Positions 12,326 through 27,054 of a stretch of DNA of 64,000 bases are shown piece by piece; position 1 is the first letter of the stretch, and every line of letters starts with the position of its first letter. The DNA is taken from positions 248,001 through 312,000 of the forward strand of contig NIVC01000396.1 in the NCBI GenBank assembly GCA_002269645.1. The letters are read 5' to 3'. The translations under genes and the position numbers were made by a program. This DNA comes from Macrostomum lignano. Lineage: Eukaryota. The notes below the pieces were generated by a model, which did no database searches, was not told the DNA's origin, and worked only from the letters and a program-made list of their open reading frames with translations.

Positions 12326-12553
12326 CAAGAGGAGTATTATGAGAACTACCCAAAGCCTGTGGAACTGTAGCCCTGTGACCTTTTCTGCTTGGCCAACCCA
12401 AAGCTTGAGTTGGGAGAGCTGCCCAAAATCCACTGGCTATACAAAAGTATATACAAGATTGTCAGGAAAGTTGGCAAAGTGGCCTATTGGATCAAGCCAG
12501 CAACAGCCCAATGACTAGCCAAAATGTTAGTCTATTGCAATAACATTATCAAG
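12326..12553 (+). pseudogene. decayed Ty3/gypsy integrase C-terminal (GPY/F-like) region
   Basis: Manual translation QEEYYENYPKPVEL*PCDLFCLANPKLELGELPKIHWLYKSIYKIVRKVGKVAYWIKPATAQ*LAKMLVYCNNIIK resembles the gypsy QKxYYD...GDLVxL.NP...PKL..xYKGPYKIVxKxGxVxY...VVHxNxLK pattern. Two stops. Confidence 0.55.
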
Positions 12554-13069
12554 GTGCCGCAAATGATAGCAGTCTGACCGCTAGAGCTAATGCATCAAAC
12601 TGAGCAGCCAATTCTGACTTATAAGTCAAGCAAAAACAGCGAAGCAGACCCAGCCAATCAGCCTGCTCTAGAACAGCAGGCCATAGCTAACTGTTTGAGG
12701 CAGCCAACTATTTGAGACAAGCTTATACCATCTGGAGGTGCTAGCCAAAGGCAACCTAGATCTGTTTGAGATTGGCATGGAAATCAAAATTTAAGATAAT
12801 TAACTGCAAAATTTAAGTGCACTTTGACTGCTAATTTATTCTGTGCACTATTACTAATAGTTGAAATTGCAAATGCTCTAATTTTTTCTGCTGCTATAAG
12901 CTTTCTCTGCATTTGCTAAGTGCTGAAAGTAGTTTCTTTTAATTTTTTGTCAATTTTCCTTCTGCTTTTGGGATAAAAGCAGTGTTTCAATTCCTTGTTA
13001 CGTTTTTTTGTGATGTTGGGATAAAAGCATTGTTTTAATTTTCTAAAAGTTTTTTCCTTCTGCTTGAAG

Positions 13070-13210
13070 GTAAAAGCAGTTTTTCCTTTTTTCAATGTGA
13101 CCTTGTGCTTAAGGGTAAAAGCAATTTCTCCTTTTCAATGTGACCTTGTGCTTAAGGGTAAAAGCAGTTTCTCCTTTTCAATGTGACCTTGTGCTTGAGG
13201 GTAAAAGCAG
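13070..13210. repeat. 43-bp tandem repeat, 3 copies
   Basis: AAAAGCAATTTCTCCTTTTCAATGTGACCTTGTGCTTAAGGGT-like units. Confidence 0.8.
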
Positions 13211-16200
13211 CTCCCTTTTTCTTAGACTTTTTAGACAAAATCAGTTCTCCCTTTTTGTCTTTAAGCTTTCTAGATAAAAGCAAAAATCTATTTTCTGTGC
13301 GCATGCTTATGCGATGCACTATAGTAAGCTTGCACCTTTGCACTCATACTTATCCGCATATATGACAATAACTGTATGATTTGACCCCTTCTATTCTGTG
13401 AAACCCCTTTTTGCTATGCACTCTTTGCACATAGTCAAAGTGCTAAAAGACCTTTTCCCTTTTAGCAATAATTAGGCAAATTTAAATTATTTGTAAACCT
13501 TCTTAGCTTTCTGTTAATGAGCTAGAGATAATTTCTTCTAACCAATGCATTTTATTTTGCTATTGGTTCTGCCACACTTGGGTCAGGCTCTTTGTTCAAG
13601 GCCTTGTCTCCAATGAGGGCATTTGAGATGAAAAGTGGCTCCCAATCTAAGTTCAATCAAGCCAAAGCCTAGGAAAATTTTCCCAGTGCCCTTTTGCCTC
13701 TTTGTTTATATAACTCCTTATAGAGACTAATGCTTACTATATTGGTTAATATCATACAATCTATTTTTGCTATTATTAATGTTAGTAAAGGAGCCTCGAT
13801 TTGCTCCCTTATAGTCATTTTGGCTAATTCCTAAACTTATATTATACAAAACACTATGGCTCTTTTCTCCCATACAATCCCCCATTCATATCAGCCCATT
13901 GGGGCTTTTTTTAATTGATCTAGCATGTAGCCTAAATCCTAACAGGCAACACTGCACCCCTATTTAGTGGTTTATCATTTTTATGATAAACTGTGAAAAA
14001 ATTTACGTCATTTTTATGTATTGCTCCTTGATTTTTCTACACCCCAATCTCTAGGCATGACCTCAATTGGAGTGCACAATAGGGGTTTATGGCTATTGGC
14101 CATTAGTTAGACCCTTTTATCTAATAACTGGTTAGCTATAGGAGTATTTAAAGTGATTCTAATTTTTATTTTTTACTGCATTAATTTTCTAAGCTTTGTT
14201 CTCTTGCCACCATTGCTATAGTCTGCCTATTTATTAAATTGCTCTATCTCTGCTGCCTTTGAGCCCAATCTATTTATTATTTTGCCTAACTGTGCCCTTT
14301 GTTTGTTTGCTCACTAACTGATTTTAATTCTGCTAATTAGCTGTCTGAGCATCATCAAAATGTCTAGTAACATTAATCTGCAAGAAACTATAACACAACA
14401 CGCAGATTAGGAGGCCCCTCTAGCTTGAGCCCCTTGGCTTCAATATGGCGAGATGGAGCTTCTACATGCCTATGCCACTATTGCAACAGGCCTTCAAAGA
14501 GGCCTTCTACCAAGCTGCCTACAAGGGATGAGTCTAGATTGATAAATCCTGGCAGAGTCTCTGCTAGTAGATGCCCCTTGCCACAATGCTAGACTTTCTT
14601 GAAAAGCAACTCTAATAGGCAAAAGAGTTTTCACCAAGGTGGAAGGCAAACCCAGCCCAGGCTGGCTCTTTTGCTAGCTATTGCCTATTGGGAAGCCAAC
14701 TAGCTAAGCAACGATTAGATATCCTGCCTAAGGGTATTTTGGGATGCAGCCATTGAAAAATGTCTCAAAAAGCTTTGATTCAAAGATGGCTAGGTTTAAG
14801 TGCTCAGCTTGCCTCTAAGTTAGCCATAGCACCTAAGCAGTCAACAACATCTACCGCACTGGCTCTTGCCTCTGGTATGCAATGAGGTACCCACTTGGAA
14901 AACTGCCAACTAGTGTTAACCTATAGGATTTTTGTTGTTTCCTATATAGAGGCTATAATGCCATAGCATCTGAAGCTCTATTGTTCTATTTTCTATTTGC
15001 CCCCCCTTCCTATCCCTTAGGCCCCTTTGTCCATGTGCTGATTTTGCTTAACCTATTTATGTGTATGACCTACCATTTTACGAGGGTTGTCCCAGAAATA
15101 GCAGGAAAAACTGATACAGAGACTGACTGTAATACTTGAATTTGATGCAACTTGCATCATAAGTAGAAAAAAATCTAACGGTTGATCTGCTTTTTAAATT
15201 GGGTAAAAATGTCAATTCATTCAAAAGTTATGCCTATAATAAGAACAATCTTATCTTTCTTTCTTACTTATCTATTTACTTCTTCTTACTTCTTACATAT
15301 TTTTATCTTTCTTACTCTCTTTCTTTTATTACTCATTTTATTTACCAGAACTTACTTTCTTTGCTATTTTGTTTAGCTCCAAACTTGGTATCAATTACTA
15401 GCAGCTTTTTTTTTAAACCCTATGCACTGTAGTGCTAATGTGATTAAATTGCCATTTAGTCCCATTTGAACATAATCTTAACCTGCTCTTAATATAATAG
15501 TATATGCAAAACAACATTTAAGCATTTTAATCTTTGATCAAAAAGCCTATAGTTCTATTTTGAGTAATTTGCCTGTGGGACATAAAATAGCTAATTGTTC
15601 TCAATTCCAAATAAGCTTTAAGAAATTAATGTTTATAATATATAAAAAATTACAATAGTGGCAATGCTACTTTACTCTTAGTAAGCATCTATGCAATCTA
15701 GGCCTATACAAATTGATTTCATTGAAATCATAGTGTTTGAGAATAATTTGAATGACTATGCCTAATGAATAGACTACTTGACTACAATTATGACTAATGA
15801 CTACTTTCCCCCTAGAACTAAAGACTTGGTAAACAGAGTACACAGGAGAAAAATTGTTAAAATGAGATTTGACTGCACAATTTTCTGGCTTGATTTGTAT
15901 AAACTCAATGCAGGTAGCAATTCAAATCAACACACTGCTCCAATGACAACCAAAACCATTTTTCTACCTTTACCTCATTATCATAATCTAGGCATAACTT
16001 TTAGGCAGTTGTTATTGTTACGTAACTATATAAATAGCGAAATAGTTATTTTTATGGTTAATACTTAAAACAAATACCATCTAAATGAAGTGATAAACTT
16101 GCTATGCAATACTATTATGGTTAAATTTAAAAAATAAAGAAACATTTTATTAATAAATACAATGGTAACTTCTAGTGCTTCTTTTCATGGTAGCTTACTT

Positions 16201-17704
16201 TAGGTAATTGTCAACTATTACCTTGTAATTTAACAAAAATTTCTTCTACATGACCATAAAAATAGCCATTTTGCTTCCTACCTATGATGATCATAAAAAT
16301 AACAGTTTTGTTATTTATACAGTTACATTAAATAAAGACCATAGGCCTGCATAGTGTCTTATGCGTTAACTATAAAAATAACTATTTTGTTTTTTATATG
16401 GTCACCATAACATAACAATAACAACTGCCTAACTTTTAATATAAAAAATGACTTAAAATTAAATATGTTTAAAGTCCAACTAAGTAATATTTAAAAAAAT
16501 ATTATGGACTAGACTTTTACTTCTATAGAAGTAACAAGGGCAAGGGCAAAAGCAATTTTTATTTTGTTAATTTTTTTTGCATTAATAGCCAATTGGAGAA
16601 TAGATAGATAGGCCTATCTTTCTAGCCTAATATAATAAATGGTTAGGCCTAAAAATATTTAACAAACACTAAACATTCAAAAATTGACAAGTGACAATTT
16701 TATGAAGCAAAGCATAATTTTTTGGCTGTTTGGCGAGGGTGAGGCTAGGCTTAGGCTTATCAATATTTCACTCCTTCTATGTCCATGAACTTCATCCATT
16801 ATCCTAAAGACCCATTCACAATTACTAAAAAAGCGATTAAATATATTAATGCCTAAAAATCAGAAACAGAAAGTTCATCATTTGGGTAAAAAATTATAAT
16901 ATTAATCAACAAAAACCCTAGCTAACTACCAGTTCACAAATTATAGGCCTATATAGTAGCGACGTAGCGTATTCATGAAAAACTTTTATGCAGCGTTACT
17001 TACTTAGGGTTTGTAATTTTATGATTATTATTTTCTAAGAACTTGAATATTTTAAACAGCTAGGATGTTCCCAAACTTGCGGTCAAAGTAACACCTTTAC
17101 TTTGATTAGATTGTTCTCTCTATTAGCTTAAAAAATTAAAATAAATTATCCTAAGCATTTACTCAGTCATTTTTCTTTTTAAGATTTTAAGAAGATTTTT
17201 AAACAAAGCTACAGGATTCGATCCCTAATCAGCTTTGCATAAGTGGCCCATCGATGATATAAAATATAGACCATTTAGAGGCTATGAAAAAAGCAGCAGC
17301 GGCCGAATGGGGTGCCAGGCTTTTCGGCGACAGTTGATTTCGGCAACATGAAAAATTGTGACTTCGGCGACAAGCAATGTTAAATTTGGCGACAAGTACG
17401 TTTTGTCAACAATGCTTATTGTCTGAGTACAACTGTGTTTCCAAGAGCGTTCTAACTCAATCCAAGTCAAAGTCAATGCAGTTGTCATTGAAAACCATAG
17501 ACCCAAAAGCCGCGCGAATGACGCAATGCCCTCACCCACCCCTGACCGCGAAACCAGAGAAGTGAAGGAGACTGAAGCTACCTGACAGTAGCATGAAAAT
17601 TATGGTGTACTATGGCGCCATAACCCATCACCCACCCCCACACACCAGCTAAGTATAAGCTATATATTTCAAAGTGCTGACACTTTTAGTCAACTGTAGC
17701 TGTC

Positions 17705-18640
17705 ATGGAAGTGTGCACATTGTGCAGGTTTAGAGTCCAAGAGCATCAACAGGGAGTCCTGTGTGATGGATGCAACTTTTGGCATCACTGAACTTGCTTG
17801 ACTGGAAATGCAGCCATTTCTCTGGCACAGTATAAGCTTATGAAAATGCAGAAGTCGTTTCACTGGAAATGTCCCAGCTGTGAGACAACCAAACCCCGAT
17901 GACATTTCTATGAGTGAAACCAGTGCCCCAGCTAGCGCAGCAGACGAAGGCAGAACAGCAGCTAACACCAGCACAGTCAACATTACAGCAGGCGGTACAG
18001 ACAGCACCGAGCTGCCGGCTGCCGCAGAGCTGCCAACTGCCGCAGAGCTGCCAACTACTGCAGAGCTGCCAACTGCCGCAGAGCTGCCAACTGCTGCAGA
18101 GCTGCCGACTGCCGCAGAGCTATAGACTGCCGCAGAGCTGCCAACTGCCACAGAGCTGCCGACCACCGCAGAGCTACCAACTGCCGCAGAGCTGCCAACT
18201 GCTGCAGAGCTGCCGACCGCCGCAGAGCTGCCGACTAGTGACGAGCTGCCAATACATGTAGATGCAGTGCACATTATTGAACTTGGGGTACCAGAATTTG
18301 CTTTAGTGCCCAGTGGTTCGAACCGGAAAAAAGATCTGCTAATTGTCGACGGGGAGCACTCCTTTGTTATTTCCCGTAAACGAGGAGATTCTATTTACTG
18401 GCGGTGCACAAAACGTAATGCTCTCACTAAATTTCCAGCAAGTGTTGTGCAACACGGAGACAAGTGCAGAAAAGGCAAAGGCCACGTTGGGCATCTGCCA
18501 CTCCACTTCTACGGCAACATGTACTCCACAGAGCCCACTCTTGGAGCTGTTTACATCAGCTGCTCAAATCGCTCGAGATGAGTGCCTGGCGTCCGAGTCA
18601 TTATTTGAGGTATACAATACCCAAAATTTGCATATTTAGA
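17705..18640 (+). pseudogene. PHD finger + (ELPTAA)n 18-bp repeat + FLYWCH zinc finger; probable Mutator/MULE-like transposase 5' remnant
   Basis: MEVCTLC...GVLCDGCNFWHH*TC...WKCPSC is a PHD finger. KKDLLIVDGEHSF...IYWRCTKR...GKGHVGH is FLYWCH-like. Stops at about 17789 and 18123, frameshift at about 17885. No DDE domain seen. Confidence 0.65.
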
Positions 18641-19904
18641 AAACAGGAAATGGCTGAAATAAATAGCTATTGCAAACTAACAAGTGTTCACTTAGTTATA
18701 GCCTTGTCTTATAGTAAAAGCTTTTAATCTAGTGTTTTTTTTGGCTCGGCAATAGTGCAGTTTTGTTCGCTTTTATGCAAATAGTGCAGTTTCGTTCGCG
18801 AAATTATTTTTCATTTAAATTTGATAGTTCAAAACCAGAAAACAATAACAATGATAAAAATTGATGTTTTAAACCATTCTAGCGACTGTTCTAGCACATG
18901 TACCTTTATAAGCTGCTAATTAGGGCCTAAAATCAGAAAAAGCACAAATTACCACATGGACTCATTTTCTAGGGGGGCATATGCCCCTGGGGCCACAAGC
19001 TCCCGCTGCCCATTAATGGGGAGGGCATAGACTACTAAGGTACATATATATGCATATCATGCACAAGTATATATATATGATAATGTGTATTTTTCATATA
19101 TAAAAATTAAACTCAAAGGGGGATGCGCACCCTATGTGCCCCCCTCTAAATCTGCTACTGGCAAGTAGGCCTAGCATTGGAACTAATTATGCTTTGATTT
19201 TTTTCTGCTAACAAAGTAAATAATCTATTTTTATTAGGATGTAGGCCTAGTCAAAATTGTCATATGATAATAATGAGTCAATGACTTGACTACGAGCGTA
19301 AGTCTATAAGATTTAAACATTTAAATATAACAACTTTGATATTTAGGCCTAGCCATATATAGGCATTCCAATCCCGGGATTTAGCCTCAAAACACGGGAT
19401 TTCAATCCCGGGATTTTTTGGGACTTGAAATTTCAGGATTTATGATCCTCGGGATTACAACAGTGCGGGATTGGGATCCCAGGATTGTAAGGCTTATATC
19501 CCGGGATTGTTTCATGATTCAAACTGATTTTAATTCTCTTGTTTCAACTAAAATAATCATGTAAAATTTGAAAAAAGATTTAACTTTAAAAAATATGAAA
19601 TAATACAACTGCAGCCTGCATGTCTGTATTAAAATCACACATAAAAAGCAGCAAAATTTGTTAGAGCAGTTTGTTAAGCAGAAATTTAATTTTTTCCGTT
19701 TTCGTAAGGTAATTTAATTTCACATGTTCGTGAGTTGCGTGATGTCTAACACTAATGTGATGTCTAACACACGTGATGTCTAACACATTAAACATGACAT
19801 TCACTTTGATAATTTACATTGATATTGCATAGCTAGCTATATAACCTATACGAAATCCTTTGAAAACATGAGTCGCGGAATATTTTTGATTGTCTATGAT
19901 TAGG

Positions 19905-20380
19905 ATTATGACTGATTATGATTGTAATTATGATTACGATTACGATTACGATTATGATTATGATTATGATTGTCAATATGATTATGATTATGATTATGAT
20001 TATGATTATGATTACGATTACGATTATGATTATGATTATGATTGTCAATATGATTATGATTATGGTTATGGTTACGATTATGATTACGATTACGATTATG
20101 ATTATGATTACGAATATGATTATGATTATGATTATGATTATGATTGTGATTATGATTATGAATATGAATATGAATATGATTAAGATTATGAATATGATTA
20201 TGAATATGATTATGATTATGATTATGATTGTGATTATGATCATGCTTACGATTACGATTATGATTGTGATTATGAATATGATTATGATTATGATTACGAT
20301 TACGATTATGATTATAACTATGATTATGATTATTATTATGACTATTATTATGATTCTGATTATGATTATGATTATGATTA
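19905..20380. repeat. (GATTAT/GATTAC)n hexanucleotide satellite
   Basis: Direct tandem units ending at an AG acceptor (20384-20385). Confidence 0.95.
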
Positions 20381-20385
20381 CTTAG

Positions 20386-20643
20386 ACTATCGCAACTCAA
20401 TCCCGAAGCTTTGGAGAGGAGATCGGCGAGTCCGCATTCGGCAAGGTGTACAAAGGCGAGCTCATCGGGCTGTACTCGGACACCTCGCTGACGCCAATGG
20501 CCATCAAGTGCCTCAGCGCCGCGGCCGACGCCCGCACCCAGGCGGAGTTTGGCCGGGACACTCAGGCCCGCTGGGAGCTGCGCCACCCCAACTTGGTCTG
20601 CCTGCTGGGCGCGTCTCTTCGCCAGACACCGCTAGCGATCTAA
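20386..20643 (+). pseudogene. orphan exon of a ROR-type receptor tyrosine kinase (N-lobe only)
   Basis: EEIGESAFGKVYKGEL...MAIKCL...AEF...LRHPNLVCLLG resembles ROR1 EELGECAFGKIYKG...VAIKTL...EF...LHHPNIVCLLG. Stops (TAA) at the hinge. No other kinase exons in the window. Confidence 0.75.
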
Positions 20644-21009
20644 ATTGAAATTGAAGATTTGCATTTTCCGAATGGATTATTCTCCCGAATCGTCAGTCAC
20701 AGCCCCTCCACAGGTTTACAACGGTTTCCTAGCAATTGTGATTACAAATTTTAAAATATTGGCACCTTGATTACAATAATTCGATTCTCTCGTCACAGAT
20801 GCGGTTGGCACAAATCAGTCTACTTAGGAAGTTGACTAAATTTTGAATTTGTTATATCTAATAAACGATTACTTTGTGTTTATCTGGTCAATGCTTTTGG
20901 CACACAAATATATGTGAAATTTTATTGTGTACATTTCATTGTGTACGAAATTTTGACTCGCTTTTATTTAGTCTTGAGATCATTCCGAGATCGAACTGAA
21001 AAGTCCTGA

Positions 21010-21210
21010 CTGGAATATTCGGGACTCGGAACTCGAGACTCGGAATTCACAACTGGGAATTCACAACTCGGAATTCTGGACTCGGAATTCAGGACTCAAA
21101 ATTCGGGACTCGGAATTTGTAACTCGGAATTCGGGACTCGGAATTCGAGATTTGGAATTTGACATTGGAAATTCTTAACTCGGAATTTGGAAATGGATAT
21201 TCGGGACTCG
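21010..21210. repeat. degenerate 7/14-bp repeat (GGAATTC/GGGACTC)
   Basis: Tandem ACTCGGAATTC-like units. Confidence 0.75.
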
Positions 21211-21977
21211 GATATTGAGTCCGAGCTGTCATCAGTTTTAACAGATGGTAAGGCAGATGGTAAGTTAGTCTGCATTTTTCAATTCTCGCCTCCTCATTCG
21301 GCAATCCCGGATAATCCCGGATATGAAATCTAGCGAATTCAGAACATAAAACGAATGAAATTATTTTCAGACAGCCTGGGTTCCGCAGGGTGAGGAAATT
21401 CATTGACAAGAAATTATCTGGGAATGAGGCGTTTGTTTCCAGGTATTCTATAGAATGCATAAAAATACATTATTATAATTTTAGCGAGATCAAAGTCGAA
21501 TGATTGCAATGAAATGTGGAAATGTCAGCAAAAATGATTTCGTAAGCTAAGCTGCTGAATTCTACCACTGGAATACAGAGTCAAATGTTTTACACCCATT
21601 GGTTCCAATTTTTAGGGGGGTTTCAGCACTGCGCGTACTGCACCGCTCGCTTGCTGATAAAGGCGGTGCAAATTTCTGCCTGTGATGCAAATGGCACACC
21701 TGCGGCGAGTGAGACGAGTCAGTTTGTCAAAAGCTGACGAACAAAATCTGTGCACCCCTGCTGATTTACTGTTATCTCTCTGCACCCTGAACCCTCAACT
21801 GCGCTGGCTTTCTTCTTCAACACTCGCTACTTTCAAAACCAGAGCAGATTAACTTGAAGTGACAGCCCCCGAGTCAACAACAGGTCGCTATTTTTGCAGC
21901 AATTTTTCTCTGTTGCAATTACAGCAAATCTGTGCTAAAAAACAGCTTACAAACGGCTACAGCACGCCAGGAAACAC

Positions 21978-22065
21978 ATGGCGTCAATGGTACGCTGGAA
22001 TGCGGTGCACCTTCTGGCGCTGACTGTCTGCAGTCTGCTGCTGGCAGCCACCTTCTCCGAGGCTC
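21978..22065 (+). CDS. LLTP (apolipophorin/apoB/vitellogenin-like) exon 1, signal peptide
   Basis: MASMVRWNAVHLLALTVCSLLLAATFSEA. Donor C|GTGAGT, phase 1, compatible with exon 2. Confidence 0.7.
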
Positions 22066-22124
22066 GTGAGTGTCCAACGAAATTGATTAATATTTTATTA
22101 GTTTTTTAGTGAGTTAGTTAGTTA

Positions 22125-24076
<1,952 letters not shown>

Positions 24077-24120
24077 ATAGCAATAGCAAAAATACCATGA
24101 CTTCTCAAACTGATTCCAAG

Positions 24121-24599
24121 GTCCCAGAATCCGAACGGACGCCTCATCGTCAGCCTGCTCGCTGGCCTGCCCGCCATCACCGCACTGGCGGGGTTACCGG
24201 CCCGGTCGAGTCTATCGCTACCACTTCGAGCAGGGAATTGAACTCGCGACCGACCTGCCCAATGGCGGCGGCAACCAGCGACGAAATTTAAACTCCAGCG
24301 GCGTCTTTGAAGTTCGCGCCATCACCGAATGCGAGCTCGCCGTCTCGGTTAGCGAGGCCAGCGCCAACGCTGGCGCCGACTACGCAGCGCCGAGGACAGC
24401 GCCAAGTCGGCTGGCGCGAGCGCTGCGCCTGCCACTGCGCGTCTGGCACCGGGAGGGCCGATTCGAGCAGCTGTGCCCGACGGAGGGTGAGGGCGAGGGC
24501 GAGGGCGAGACCCGGGAGAGCCTCAACTTGAAGAGGGCGCTGCTGTCACAGCTGCAGGTGACTTCCGGACAGCGGGGCAGGCGGCACCAGCTGGAGGAG
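24121..24599 (+). CDS. LLTP exon 2 (Vitellogenin_N/LLT beta-barrel start)
   Basis: GYRPGRVYRYHF...ESLNLKRALLSQLQ matches the LLTP Y.PGK.Y.Y...LNIKRGILS.LQ motif. AG/GT sites, phase 1 to 0. Confidence 0.85.
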
Positions 24600-24654
24600 G
24601 TGAGCGCCTGCGGTGGGGTTCGGAAGCTGGTATTTATTTGGGACTTGAAACCCG

Positions 24655-25470
24655 GGATTAGGAGCTCGGGATTATTAGGAACTCGGGATTAGGAACTCGG
24701 GATTAGGAACTCGGGATTAGGAACTCGGGATTAGGAAGTCGGGATTAAGAACTCGGGATTAGGAAGTCGGGATTAAGAACTCGGGTTTAGGAAATCGGGA
24801 TTAGGAAGTCGGAATTAAGAACTCGGGATTAGGAAGTCGGGATTAAGAACTCGGGATTAGGAAATCGGGATTAGGAAGTCGGGATTAAGAACTCGGGATT
24901 AGGAAGTCGGGATTGGGAGCTTGGGATCAGGAACCCGGTATTAGGAAGTCGGGATTAAGAACTCGGGATTAGGAAGTCGGAATTAAGAACTCGGGATTAG
25001 GAAGTCGGGATTAGGAGCTCGGGATTAGGAAGTCGGAATTAAGAACTCGGGATTAGGAGCTCGGGATTAGGAAGTCGGAATTAAGAACTCGGGATTAGGA
25101 GCTCGGGATTAGGAAGTCGGGATTAAGAACTTGGGATTAGGAAGTCGGGATTAAGAACTCGGGATTAGGAAGTCGGGATTAGGAGCTCGGAATTAGGAGC
25201 TCGGGATTAGGAGCTCGGGATTAAGAACTCGGGATTAGGAAGTCGGGATTGGGAGCTTGGGATCAGGAACCCGTTATTAAGAATTCGGGATTAGGAATTT
25301 GGGATTAGGAATGTGGGATTAGAAAGTCGGGGTTAGGAAGTCGGGATTAAGAACTCGGGATTAGGAGCTCGGGATTGGGAGCTTGGGATCAGGAACCCGT
25401 TATTAGGAAGTCGGGATTAGAAATTTGGCATTAGGAATGTGGGATTAGAAAGTCGGGGTTAGGAACTCGG
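24655..25470. repeat. 14-bp minisatellite (GGAACTCGGGATTA)n
   Basis: Direct tandem units. Confidence 0.92.
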
Positions 25471-25510
25471 AATCAGACTTGACTTCATCCTCATTTCCGC
25501 AATCCCACAG

Positions 25511-25651
25511 CGCGACATCCTCGGCGACTGCTGGACAGAGTACATCCCGGAGGGTCCGAACTTGCTGCTGAAGACCAAGGACCTGGCCAGGTGCCGCATG
25601 CTGGCATTCGAAGCCTACCCGCTCAAAGGAGAGAAGGGAATCCCGGATGAG
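25511..25651 (+). CDS. LLTP exon 3
   Basis: RDILGDCWTEY matches the LLTP E.DV.G.C.T.Y motif. KTKDLARC. CAG|...|GTGAGA, 47 codons. Confidence 0.85.
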
Positions 25652-25944
25652 GTGAGAAAGCGTATTTAATCAGCCCCTTGCTTGCAGTGAAACAAAATGG
25701 ATTGAAGTTGTCAATAGAAATGTCAGGAGCTGCAGTTCCAAATTTGGATTGGAGCAATATTTAGCAATCAAATTTTTGTTTAACTAGGAAATTTATGGAA
25801 AATTTTCTGACTTTTATTAGTTCTGATTAATAATGGGCTTTCAATTTGGAGCAATTATTCCGAACTTGAATATGTTGAGTAAACTAAGAAAAATTACTGT
25901 GATAGTGTAATTCAGCACGTTGTTTCAAACCTTGTGAAGAAATT

Positions 25945-26160
25945 TGTTCACAGATTCACAACAATTATATTCACAGATTCACAACAATTATATTCACAGA
26001 TTCACAAGAATTACCTCCACAGATTCACAAGAATTGTATTCACAGATTCACAAGAATTACCTCTACAGATTCACAAGAATTTCCTCCAGAGATTCACGGG
26101 AATACTGCACATAGATTCACAAAAATAACCTTCACAGATTCACGGGAATCTTGTTCACAG
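25945..26160. repeat. degenerate ATTCACAGATTCACAAGA-type tandem repeat
   Basis: Tandem units. Confidence 0.75.
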
Positions 26161-26239
26161 AATCCCCTTACTGATATCATCAGATGAACTGTGCTCAAGC
26201 AATCACAGGAACTCCCCCTCCGTCTCCCCTTCCCCCCAG

Positions 26240-26778
26240 CGGATCCAGGCCAGCCGTCCGGTGACTCTCGGCAGCCTTGCCTGCCGCCTCGAGCTGCACG
26301 CCGAGTTCGACATTCCGCGCGACGTCGCCTGCGAGGAGCTGCGATCGACGTCGGAAACTTCGGCGGCTGGCGACGCCCGGCTGGCAACGAGGACGCGGCT
26401 GCGCCTTCTGCAACCGGAACCGGAAACAGGTGAACCGGAAACGGAACCGACACCCTGGACGGCGGGACGCCGAACCGACCTGCGCCAGGAGCACCGGAGC
26501 AGCGTCGAGTGCCAGACGTCGAGTCGGTTCGACATCGGCAGTGAGTGCCTCGAACGGGCGGCCGCCGCCGGTGGCGAGGGCAGCGACGCCCAGGACGCGG
26601 CCTGGCGGCTGGTGTCGGAGCTCTGCAGGGAGGCGTCGGCGAAGTCTCTGGACCGGGAGACGCCGGGAAAATTTGCGGAACTGGTCGGGCAGCTCAGGCG
26701 GATGCAGAGCCGAGTGCAGCTGAACCGGATCTACCAGCGCCTGCTGGGCGGCTTCTGCTCTGAGAACCCGTCGCTTAA
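26240..26778 (+). CDS. LLTP exon 4
   Basis: Acceptor CCCCCAG|, donor AA|GTGAGG (phase 2). TPGKFAELVGQLRRM is typical of the LLTP alpha-helical domain start. Confidence 0.8.
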
Positions 26779-27054
26779 GTGAGGCCTTCCTTGGGTGAAA
26801 CTGCCGCGAATCTGGCAGCTGTAACTAAAATAAAGCAGTACAATTTTTCACTTGAGCAAAGGTAGCAACTACAGTGACAGCTAAAATTCAGAAAATGTAT
26901 AAACTAACAACAATCAAAACAACAAAAACAATAATAATGGCAACAAAAACAAAAATAACAACAACAATAACGACAACAACAGCAACAATAACGACAACAA
27001 CAACAGCAACAACACCCGCCGGCCTTTACTGCCGACCTGGAGAACCTTCTCCAG

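Noticed and set aside
14400-15000. Possible decayed gag/Zn-knuckle frame (…CFLYRGYNAIASE…)
   Set aside because: Too degraded to support by eye.
19833-20385. Poly-DY/IMIM/HN ORFs
   Set aside because: Hexanucleotide microsatellite artefacts.
21655-21776. GATA motifs (TGATAA at 21655, TTATC at 21772) upstream of the LLTP start as a vitellogenin-type promoter
   Set aside because: Short motifs expected by chance, and the transcription start is unknown.
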